This document shows positions 49,330 through 60,341 of a DNA stretch of 64,000 nt, piece by piece. The first letter of the stretch is position 1; the number at the start of each line of letters is the position of its first letter. The DNA is from Octopus sinensis. Its lineage: Eukaryota. The stretch spans positions 124,001 to 188,000 of the forward strand of contig NW_021831041.1 of assembly GCF_006345805.1 (NCBI RefSeq). Direction: 5' to 3'. The notes beneath the pieces were generated by a model. It saw only the letters and a program-made list of their open reading frames with translations. It was not told the origin of the DNA and ran no database searches. Position numbers and translations under genes: made by a program.

Positions 49330-49539
49330 TGTATAACTTATTTAATGCACCACAAGAACAATGTGAGTTAAAAAATTTATTTAAATATTCTTTTAATTTT
49401 TCACATAATGTATATCTAGAAGAATCTCAGCCGTAGAGATCGAGTTGAATTTGTAAGACCATCCTTCACTCCTCGACTAGTGGGCGATAAATGTCTCTAA
49501 CAGATAAAGCTAAAGAGGCAGTTTGGTAAAATTCGAAAA

Positions 49540-49680
49540 TTTATTTTAGGAACATTGCGATCGTTATTTGAGTACTATTTGGACGAATTCACGTGGCGGA
49601 CCTCATTAGTTGATAAAGAGAAGATATTCCAAGAATTTCTGCTCCTAATAGTCAACAAATACGATTTTTCAGCTTAATTC
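49540..49680 (+). mobile_element. ISXO2/Merlin-like transposase C-terminal fragment
   Basis: YYLDEFTWR...IFQEFLLLI motif. Ends not resolved. Confidence 0.5.
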
Positions 49681-49688
49681 TTATTCTT

Positions 49689-49935
49689 TTTTTTTTTTTT
49701 AAACGTATTTAACTAACAATTAACACCGAAAATAGTTAAGTTCCAGCGGCGATGACGCAGTGTGCGTTGCCCCGAACAATGGCCAGGCCGATGCGCTGGC
49801 GGAACCAGAGGCTCTCTCTCGAGTCCTTGAGCCTTCTCCCGATGGACTGCCCGACCTCTTTGAGGAACGAGTCAGTCTCCTTTCCTGCAACTCCAGCGGT
49901 CTCCAGAGCGATTGCCGTAACGCGGTAGCGGTCGG
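49689..49935 (-). mobile_element. 5'-truncated CRE copy with poly(A) tail and 11-bp TSD TTCTTATTCTT
   Basis: TAIALET.GV.G...QRIGLAIVRGN, T-run at 49687-49700, TSD at 49678-49688 and 49936-49946. Confidence 0.88.
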
Positions 49936-50479
49936 TTCTTATTCTTAAAAAATATGACAATCCCATTAAAATCAAATTAAAAAATAATGAAAAAATAATT
50001 TAAGTTTATTGTTTATACGTCGAGATTTATACATTGACTAAAATTGTAGCTTACCGAAAGCTAAATTATTTTTTTATCGAATCTTTAGTGTAGTATCTCA
50101 ACTCATTTCTAAAAGTCAAAACCGCTGAGAGAGGAGATCTACGGCTTCGTCTTACAAACATATAGTCAAATTTAGAAGAACTTGTTTCTAAATTCATAAA
50201 ACATCATTGTTCTCATTGATTGTTGTTATAAATAAATTTTTTTTTCTTTTTGTTTCCATGTACTTCTTCATGGTGGGCAATATTGCTAAAAAGTTTGTTA
50301 AATTGTGCGACAAGAAAAAATTTGGGAAACACTGCCCTAAGAAGTCTGTCGGTTTTTCCGTGTGTCGCAATATAAGGGGAATGGGGTTGAATAAATAAGT
50401 AAATGAATAAAATTAAAATTTGATTTTAAGATTTTTTGACCATAAAAATTTCAAACATCCTAAACGTGCATGGAATAAA

Positions 50480-50947
50480 TAGAAAATCAAGAAAGTCTTG
50501 TCCTTCTGCAAAAAAATGAAACCACCACAAATTATCTAACAGTTGATAAAAAACAAAATTCAATATTATTTAAAAAAACCGGAAGATTTTTATTATCCCC
50601 TCAATGTCCATATTTAATAAATATTTGTATATATTTGATGAAAATGAAACAAAAGTTATATCAAGAATAAACGTTTTGAAAATAATTAATGGTCTAAATA
50701 AACTTACTTGAAAATGGTTTCAGATAGCTTGATCCCTCCACTATGTGATATTTGGACTTATTCAGGCAAAAGTAACTTTATTCGCAAACTCCCTTGACTT
50801 TGATGATTTCAAGCATCCAATGGGTGGCTTGAAGTCACACTACTTCATTAAAGCCTACTCCATTTGGTGTGAAAAAAACAGAAGTTGATTCAGCTGTTGT
50901 TGACCATTGGATTACACAAGTTTCTTCTATTGTGGAAGAGTATGAGT
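50480..50947 (+). CDS. uncharacterised micro-intron gene candidate
   Basis: Open segments (..LLSPQCPYLINI|FISRINVLKIIN|DSLIPPLCDIWTYSGK ... PTPFGVKKTEVDSAVVDHWITQVSSIVEEYE*) can be joined by 29- and 32-nt introns. The start and one junction are unresolved. Confidence 0.35.
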
Positions 50948-50992
50948 GATTCTTACAACAATAGAAACTCCCAATATATCAATAAAAAATGA

Positions 50993-51861
50993 TTATTTAT
51001 CAAAAAACATTAAAATGGCATCCTCAATATTACCACAAATAGCTCCAAGTCGTTCCATATCCCAATCAAGCAGAGCAGACGAACCAACAAGTTGAAAATC
51101 ACATATTTTATGTTCATTAAATATGACAATAACCACCCCCTCAGCATTTCTCTCATCCTCAGCAGAAGGGTCACTCAAAAACTTGCCTTCGTACAACGAA
51201 AATGTCCAAACCATTGGAAATGACCCACGTGTGACACATTTAATGTAAGGTTGACACACTAAACCATTCAAATTAATCCATCTGTAAAATACAGTTTTTT
51301 AAAGAGGCTAAAAAAGCAAGAAAAGCAGCACTGAGCACATTTCCGTTATCACTGATAACCAGAATGGAACATTCGAGAGAATATGCAGTCTACAAACTCA
51401 AAAAACACAAAGACAAGCCTTCCCAGTCTCCAAACAGAGGTCCTTCGGGTCAAGAATATCAAGACTATTCAAATATTAAACACTAAAACTGAGATAGAAG
51501 GGAATTTAGTTTATCTTGGAGGATTTTATCCCTGACCAAATTGGGGGACAGCGGAGAGGTGACGGACAAGGCTAGAAAGTGAGTTTATTGGCATACATAT
51601 GTGGCCTGAATCAGGAGAGGATATTTCTGGCTTCCCTACAGTCTTTGAGATGTGGGAACTCTCAAAAAACCATTTTCAATCCAGAAATGACCTTTGTTTC
51701 GCCTATAGAGACAGAGCTTGAGCCATCGGTTGTTTCTGAAAAGTCGCCTGATGAAATGTAAATTGGTCGGTGTTGGTCAAAGTCACGACCATCTGGTCGA
51801 ATATTGCTTTCCTGCGAAATTAAGGACCTTGGCTAACAAAATAGTCGGAATAGTGCCACAT
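50993..51861 (-). CDS. EXOSC8: RNA exosome core subunit RRP43, 6 introns (26, 28, 25, 25, 29 GC-AG, 34 nt)
   Basis: ESNIRPDGRDF, DGSSSVSIGETKVISGLK, DLCLETGK|TAYSLECSILVISDNGN..A..ASLKN and LSDPSAEDE; RNase PH fold. RRP43 is preferred over RRP42/45 on motif similarity. Confidence 0.82.
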
Positions 51862-52073
51862 GAATCAACGTGGTTATTAATATTTATTTAAAATAATTTT
51901 ACAAAAATTAATATTTTGTAATTTAATTAATAAATTATAAAATTAATAACCATTTTATTGTGTGATTAAAAATACTAAATTATCTGTCTAGTCTTTGTAA
52001 GCTGTCAGAAAATGCCGAAGTCTTTGAAATTAAATTAAAAATGATTAAATTTATTAATAATTTAGTGACAAAT

Positions 52074-52308
52074 CTAATATATTTTAGAGAGTAGGTGGAG
52101 AAGGAGAACAAAAACGATGACAAAGACGGCAAAAAACATAACATGAGGTGGTCCACTAGAATAGATTAAATAAACCAACATTTGAAATAATGTTGAATCC
52201 GAAGATTGTAGTTGCCACATTGCCTGGCTTGATGCTCCCTTTCTTGAGGCAGTAGGTCTAGAATTTGATCTATTTGTGAGGATAAAATAGTTACCGTGAG
52301 GTCCCCAT
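52074..52308 (-). CDS. SEC61B: Sec61 translocon beta subunit, 61 aa, 2 introns (25, 24 nt)
   Basis: MGTSR|SNSRPTASRKGASSQAMWQLQSSDSTLFQ|IGPPHVMFFAVFVIVFVLLLHLLSKIY parallels the Sec61-beta pattern MW.F..DS..L.VGP..V...LH..K. Confidence 0.85.
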
Positions 52309-52650
52309 TATAAGAACAACAAGAAAATATAAAGTTAAAAATACGTGTACATTTATTGAAATTATAAATAATCATTAAAAAATAACTTAAATAATTTATT
52401 TAAAAAATTCAAATATTTTTATTTTTACTCTGAGACTTCCATTTTTGATCTCCTTGAGTCAAAATTAGTAAAATGTACTTTTCGGATAATTATGTTTTGT
52501 GCTGATTAGACCAATTGAACAGCAGATCGATTTGCTGTAACTGAAATTACAAACTAAATTCGCGTGTAATCAACAATCGTTAATATGACATTACGCATAT
52601 CGTAGCAACAAATTTAAATACTTTATTGAGGTTAACCCGTCCTTAGCCTG

Positions 52651-55458
52651 ATGTGGAGTCCTTTCAACCAGCCCATTTCTGCAAAGGATCTGCAGAAGGT
52701 GCTCAATAATTACATTCATGTCGACCGTCCGCCAACCAACAAAGTTGATTTATCACGTTTATTGTGATTTATTACTCAAATAGCTGCACCAAATACTCCT
52801 AAAAATCCATTTCTTAAGTCATGTGACATTCGTTCTGTGAAAATTCCCAGCGTCTATGCACAGGATGAAAGTAGAGAGGAATACAAACAGAGGACATCCG
52901 CCTCGTCTCTGAGAGAATATTCCAAAACCCCGACCACACGACTTTACAAATCAGTCTCTCTGAACGTCGTCGGTTTTTAAAACTAAATATTTTTTAAGAT
53001 TCGTTTGATTTGAAAAATTCGACCAAAAATATTCAAAAAAACACCAAAAGTTGGATTCCGATAATTTTTAGAAAACTTGAAAAAAGATTTTAACGGACAT
53101 TCGTTTTGTCTTCTCAACCAAAAAAGGGAATTCCAACTCAGGTCGTCCTTATTTTCGATTCCCTCCGCCTCCCGGAAAAAGATGTCTTTGGAACTTCCAG
53201 AAAAAATCAAAAATGTCGATTTTCTCTCCAAACCGAACGGCGTGATCATCGAAACTAACAATTTTGTAAAACAGAGACCCAGCAGCTCGTGTGCCCTCAA
53301 TAAAGTAGACGTCGTTTGCGAAAACAACGTTTCACTTGCAGAGAAATTGCCTCAAAGTCCAAAAATATTTAAGGAAAGTCACCAAAAAGTCGATTTTGAA
53401 ACAACTGAAACCACAAAAAATATCCAACAGAAATCTCCAGAAATTGAACAAGTCGAAAACGACTCAAATTGTGAAACAGAAGAAATTTTAAACGAACAAA
53501 TTTTCGAATCTGTTCACCACAGTGACCGCGACTCTGTCTCAAGTTTACAAACTTTTTTATTTGTAAGCGGAGACCAGTTTCACTCCATTTTGTGTGGATA
53601 AACTTCACAGAAATACAAATGTAAATATTTCTGCTGATTTACCAGTCTTCCGTGGTTTATCCCAAACCACAGGTCCGCCTCAACACTCCCGAAAAAGTGA
53701 GTTCGTTGACGGACAGTCTCTTTTTGAATGTCCCTCCAACAATAAACTTTGTTTCGTGTGGTTTTCGCGGTAAGTGAGTCAGTTTATTCAAAGTTCCGCG
53801 TTTGCCGCCACACCTTCAAAAGATGCTGAAATGGAAGTTGGATTCGTTGACTCCAAATGTTGTTAAATCTGTCATTTTGCGCTCAAATTTTCACTTTTCT
53901 AAAAGTTTTTGTGTTTCTGGAGTTTTCAGACTGCAAAGAGTGGATTGGCTATTTTGGAAAGCAGTTGAAGCCGTCGGAGTATCGGTCATTAGAAAAATAT
54001 CAAAAAGTTTTATTTTTAATTTATCAAGTCGAATCATTTTCCCGGGGCTTTTTTTCTCGGAAGAAAAGACCACTTGGCAAGAAATTTGAAAAAAATGATG
54101 TCAAATTTCGAGGAAAATGAATTTGATTTTTTCCCCAAAACATATTCCCTGCCCAAAGACTACGAAATTCTTTTACTCGACAAAAAAATAAACTCAAAAT
54201 GGATTCTGAAACCTGTAAACTAAAATTCACTAACCCAGCCCGCGTCGGCACGTGGCATCGGAATCAGAGTGGTGCAGGGAATCCAAACTTTATCCAAAAG
54301 CAGTTCGGTCATGGTACAAAGGTTTAATCAAAAAAATATTTCAGATACATTTCGAACCCGTTTCTAATAAATGGACGTAAACAAGACCTAAGAATATACG
54401 TCTATGTCTCCTCTTTCAACCCACTTCGGATTTATGTGCACAAATCAGGACTCGTTCGATTCGCATCGGAAAAGTCATTTTGTTTAATGATTTAAGATAT
54501 TCTCAAAACGACATAAAAAATCGTTATATTCACCTCACAAACTATTCCGTGAACAAAACAAATTCAAATTACCGACCATCGAAGGGAAACAACGGAGAAA
54601 CTTCATTTGACATGAATGCGGACAAGTGGAGTCTCACTCAATTTTGGACTTACATCTCAAACTACATTGACCCAGAACTGATAAAACGTAAAATATACGA
54701 CATTGTAGTCAAAACCGTCATCAGGTTTGAATACTGTCATTACTGCAGTGCGGAAAGCTCAATCAACACCGCAATCCGCAGTTCGGGGGTTTCGAGGTAT
54801 TCGATTCACGAGCTCTACGGATTTGACATTCTCCTCGATTCCCAATTGAAGCCTTGGCTGCTTGAAGTCAACGTTTCCCCGAGGTTGGTTGAGATAATAA
54901 ACACAGTCTCCACACGTCCTCTCGACTGGACGTGGAATTGAAGGATCCACTTATCCGGGACATGTTCAACGTTGCAGGGTGGATGATCCCCACTTCTACT
55001 TCCAAGTCCTCGAAAGAGTAAGTGGGGTTTCCTTACTTTAGAACAACTCCATGGAACTTTGACGAAAGACTGTTTTGTGCAAATTTGTCGAGTATTGAGC
55101 GAAACAAACACACCGAATACATCAAACTGTGGAAAGAGACCAAAGTATCTCTGATTTTAATTATGCAGAAAACAAATGGAATTTTATCTAGTTTGACTCC
55201 TGATGATGTCAGAATTCTGATCCAAGGGGAAGATGAACTTAATCGCGTGGGTGATTTTGAACGTATTTTTCCTGTCAAAAATTCGATGAAATATTTGAGG
55301 TTTTTTGAACAGTCGCCAGGGTACTATAATTTGTTGTCGAACGCATGGGAGGAGTATTTGGTGGATAATTTTAGAGTTAAAAGTAATGATTTACATTTGT
55401 TGTAGAATTATCGGTTTTGAATAAGTTTTGTGCAGATAAATATCATCTTCGAAAATGA
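52651..55458 (+). CDS. TTLL4: tubulin glutamylase TTLL4, 16 introns of 22-27 nt
   Basis: SLFLNVPPTI, LKWK...TPNVVK, NHFPG..GRKD, WILKP|PASARGIGI, DLRIYV, GLVRFAS, HLTNYSVNK, ELYGFDILLD and LEVNVSPS. The frame is continuous after splicing; the start codon is tentative. Confidence 0.92.
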
Positions 55459-56140
55459 TAATAAAAATGAATTAAACTTATTAAGAATTGATTGTGATAA
55501 AAATAATATTATTTATTTAAATAAATAGACTTTAAATCTAATCTCCTACTAGCTGAACATGTCATTTTTACTTGCAGTTATGCTTGACCATATTTCACTC
55601 AGGCTGAAATGAGACTAGTACGGGGCTAGCCGTGGGTAGTGGTGGTCTCGGCTTTACGGAATGACGTTAAACCAATAATTTATAATCTTACCGAGCGAAA
55701 ATTTGTTATTTATTTTAATTATTGATTATAACACGCACCCCATCTATTGGGATTAATTATATAGCATGTTATAATCGAGAAAATACGGTAATTGATACTT
55801 TTCTAAAGTCAAAATCGATTTTTAAACAGCCACCTCTTCAAGACGCTATAATTAACACTCGAGATTTCAAGATAAACTTTTCTCCTTTAAATACAAGTTA
55901 AGGAGGAATCAAACCCCGTTAGTTACACAAGTACTAACAATATATCGATAGTACTTTCTAAAAACATATCGATTTAAAGTTAAGTATAATCCTGGCAATA
56001 CTAATCAACCGGCATTGTATAAATATTAGCTTTATAAGCTCATAATTAGCTTATTCAGAATATGTAGCAGCGATTGCGTCAGTGCACGAAACAGCGCATT
56101 GAAAGTAGAATTAATTGAAATTATATCGGTTTATTTACAT

Positions 56141-56929
56141 ATGATTAGGATTAACTCCGAAACTGTAATCCTGTCGGGAGTTTTGGAGAACTGTGAACCG
56201 TTTTATATAAAGGATATGGACTTGACGTCATGTGATGACAACATGGCCCAAGAAAAAGCCTCAAACGGCAATATTAGAAAAAGAAGTTCGTCTAGTGACG
56301 ACATTTTTGGCCTAAATGAAAGAAATTACAATTACATGTGCAAAAAACTGTACAAATCTAAACATTTCCAAATCAAAGCAAGTTCAGCCGACTTTGATGT
56401 ACCCAAAAAACCAGTAAAGCCGAAAAAAAGAGTCAGTTTTGACTCTCCGATTTTTGTAAAGCTTTACTACAATACAACGGACTATCCGTTCTCCCAGTCC
56501 AGCCACACTCAGATTCCAAAAAACAATCCAATCACATATTCTCAGCTGAAATTATGTTTTCCGTTACCAATGTCGAATTTCCTGCTTTTTAAACAACTTC
56601 TTGACAAAAATAAAGTCTGTCTTGAAGAGATTGTGACTGCAAACAAAACAGTCGAAGGGATTGTGAAGGTCTGCAACCTTGTTTATGAGAAACACGTGGC
56701 AGTCCGTGTGACATTCAACAACTGGAAAGACTATAAAGATATTAAATGCTACTATACAAGATCAGGCACGATTCGACAGTCGAGCAAATACGACAATTTC
56801 CAGTTTACTTTGGGGATTCCTGCATATACGACAACTGAATTTTGTATTTTTGCTCGAATGGGTGGTTCGACTTATTGGGACAACAATCAATCAAAAAATT
56901 ATCGTATTTTGCCTATAAATCAGCACTAA
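56141..56929 (+). CDS. glycogen-targeting PP1 regulatory subunit (PPP1R3 family, CBM21), intronless
   Basis: RVxF motif KKRVSF, then VCLE, G.VKVCNL.YEK.V.VR.TFNNW, EFCI and YWDNNQSKNY. The specific paralogue was not assigned. Confidence 0.9.
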   Translation: MIRINSETVILSGVLENCEPFYIKDMDLTSCDDNMAQEKASNGNIRKRSSSSDDIFGLNERNYNYMCKKLYKSKHFQIKASSADFDVPKKPVKPKKRVSFDSPIFVKLYYNTTDYPFSQSSHTQIPKNNPITYSQLKLCFPLPMSNFLLFKQLLDKNKVCLEEIVTANKTVEGIVKVCNLVYEKHVAVRVTFNNWKDYKDIKCYYTRSGTIRQSSKYDNFQFTLGIPAYTTTEFCIFARMGGSTYWDNNQSKNYRILPINQH

Positions 56930-57887
56930 CTATTTTTCAAAATATGTTGAATCGTTAAATTTATCTTGCTTTTGTTATTTTACTGTTATCAAGTTGCTAA
57001 GTAAATCCTGACATGTTCTCAAGATAGTGATACGTTTTGGTTAGGTGTCTTATTGGGCACAACAGCAATTTACTGAATAATACAGAAATTATTTATATCA
57101 TTAAATGGATTAAAATATTTGATTTGTCGATATTCCACCATTTGTTTAACAAGAATTAGAATTATTAGATGGTGCAATCAAATATCAACCACTATTGGAC
57201 TAAATTGACGAAACATTCACAAATTCTTTCATAAACATGCATTATATATATCCTCTATTTATTTGCCGAACAAAATAGAGCAAAAAAAAGAGGAGGTAAT
57301 AAAAGGGGGTTTGCCATTTTTTGTTTTCGACGGATTTATTTGTCAAAATAAGGAAAATAAGTCTTTATTTGAAAACATTTTTAGGAACAACAGTTAGATA
57401 ATCTAATAATGTTTTTTCTTTTTCTACTTTCCTTGTTTAGTATGTTTTCAAAACAGTTTTTTTCAGTAAAAAAGAAGAGTGGCAAATCATATAGGTTTGA
57501 CGTACATATATAACCCTTAAGTATACTTTAATATCAAACACAAATGAGTGCTGAAAGCTCCAATTGAGGGTCATTTGGACGACTTTCAAAAGGAAACAGA
57601 CAGTATTAAAGTGCATATATTGGTTGGTTTAAATGATTTTTGATTGAAATAATCAATAAAGTTGAATTGGTATAATTTTTTAAAAATTTTGAATTTTTTG
57701 GCATGACGTTGATAGAGAAAACATTTAATGACCTCATTTTCAATTTACAGTGCGTCAATAATAATTAATCAAACTTACATGTATTGAATTTTTTTGAGTT
57801 ATTAAAAGTTCATATAAACATTAACTATTATATTTAGAACATAAATTTTAATTTATTTAAATATTTGTAATAAATTATTTAAACATT

Positions 57888-58587
57888 ATGTTGCTCACTA
57901 TTTCTCGACGTTGGCTTGGATCAAAAGCAATTCAAAAAATCAAAAGTAATCAAAATTGACAAAATTAAAAAATTAGATTTAAAACCGATCAATCCTCTGG
58001 AAACAACCGACTACTTTAAAGTCGCCGAACGAGTAAAAACATCAGATATAGTCAAAAATCGAGTCCATTTAGGCCACGATAGTCGCATGAGAAACAAAGC
58101 CAACGAATGGTTTATATTTGGCGAGTGTTGTGGCCTGGATATAATCGACGCCAACATTACACGCTCATTCTTGATTGACTCACTAAACATTGTGTCCCAC
58201 ATTGCCAGTCTCGGTGGAATTATCCTCTTCTTTTGCGAAAATCGGTCAGCAGTCCATTTGGTCGAAGAAATGGCCAAAAAATGTGGGGAATTCGCCCACT
58301 GTCGAGATTGGCAAGAAAACACGTTTTCAGACCCAAAAAACACGTTTAGCTCAGAATATGTTCGACTTCCGGATTTGTGTGTGTTCTTGGCTTTGTCTGA
58401 GCCCATTCCTCACAAGGCGATCAGAGAATGTGCACGTTGTATGATCCCCACGGTGGGAGTAGTCGACACGGACACGGATGCCTCCTATCTTACTTATTCC
58501 ATCCCAGGGAATGACGACTCTGTTGAGTCAGTTCAGTATTTTTGTGATTTGTTTGGTGATTGTATTGCACATGCAAAGGGAAAATGA
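57888..58587 (+). CDS. MRPS2: mitochondrial ribosomal protein S2 (uS2m), one 31-nt intron
   Basis: Presequence-like MLLTISRRWLGS, then VHLGH, LDIID, GGIILF, RLPDL and IPTVGVVDTD...TYSIPGNDDS. Confidence 0.92.
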
Positions 58588-59099
58588 TTATAAATTTTTT
58601 TTGATCTATATTTGTTTAATAAATTATCATAAACTGATTTTTGAAAGATTTAGGATGGAAAGATTCTTGGAATAAATGGGACTCTAAAAAGGGCTAATCT
58701 GAAAATTATGCCTATGTGAGAAGACATGTGAATATTACTGTATACCAACTAAAAGGAGAATATGAACATAAATATGGGAAATCTCCCTGCAGTTATTTGG
58801 AATGTATGTATAAATATTTGTATTCACAAATCCAATGTTTTGGACAATAAAAAAGGCTGAAATTATTGCGTAACATTTTGTATATATTAATTTCAGTTAT
58901 AAGTTGTTAATTATATTAATGAATCGAAGGGCTGATGCTTTACTGGGCGATCGAGAAAGAGTTCTAGCGTACTATCGCGAGGGATATCCGCTCAAAGAAC
59001 CACTTCGATTTGCGAACGTCGCCTGTAAGTGTTGATATCCGAGAACAAAGCTACATTTTGTATAACTTTTGAATAAAAATGATACTTCAAACGTGGAAA

Positions 59100-60120
59100 C
59101 ATTTGACAAATCACAAAAAAATCTGAATCTATCAATCACTACTAAGAAAACTAACTTGGCAATCAAAAAATTAAACAACAGCGCGACTGTTTTTACAAAG
59201 ATTTTCAATATGGTATTTGACACCTTCTCAACTTGGTGATAGAATTTTAATTTTTTTGCATAAACTAGAAAAGAACAAGAGATTGCTAAAAAATCCAAGA
59301 CCAGTGATATTATTGCGAATATTGAGATAGATACTATTTCTGATAACCCTTAGTCGGGTATCTTTTGATTTTTATGATTTCTTGTCACCTGGACAGAATA
59401 AATTCAGAGGATCAATGCCGATGGAAATTATATATGAAGATGACATAGACGTGGTGTCAGAAAAGGATCTTGAACTTGTTTTTGAAAAAATTTCAAACGA
59501 ATATAAGAATTGGTTCTTGCACGTTAATAAAGAAAAAACTGAACAAATAAAAATCACAAAGGAACTAGAATGTATTGATAAAAACTGAAGGAAAATGGAA
59601 AATTGGGATTTTTAATTGGCGATAGTGAGGACATAATGTACAGAAGAGTCCTGACCATTGCAATGTATAAGAAAATGCAAAATATGGAGCCAACCGAAAC
59701 TAATCAAAAAAACCTACAAGTGAGACTATGCAACTCATATATAAAGCCGGTACTCATGTACTATTCAGATACATAAAGATTTAGAGTTAGAAGTCAAAAA
59801 ATGGACATATTTTATCGAAATCTATTCCGCATTTTACTAGGCCTAGATTGGCCAATAAAGATTTCAAAACAATCGTCTTTATGACACAATCGGTTCCAAT
59901 AAGCACCGAAATGATCGAATCAAAATGGAGGCTATTTGGACATGTATATAAAATGGACAATTATTTTAATAATAAAAAAAATTGTTCAGACATAGAATTA
60001 TCCTCCCTGTTGCATCAAACAAAAATTTTAATGAAATTTGAAAAAAAACTTAAATTTGCGGACGACCTAAAAGAACTACGAGCAGACATTTGGTGAATAG
60101 AATTAGAAACGTGTGGCACA
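59100..60120 (+). mobile_element. RTE-clade LINE fragment
   Basis: IIYEDD, WFLHVNKEKTE, KLGFLIGDSED and WRLFGHV. Confidence 0.8.
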
Positions 60121-60341
60121 AACGGAACTTTAGTTAATTTACATTCTATATTTCTGTAAACGTACGTTTAATAATTATTCGCAGGTTGATTTTTTTGCCA
60201 CTTTTTAGGAATTCATTGTGATAGTCTACAGTCAAAGGTGGCCTTTGAATTTTTAATTCCTCTGTTTTGGAATGAAAACTAAATATAAAATTTTATTTTT
60301 TTACTTATAATTATTTTAAAAATAAATTTAATTATGATATA

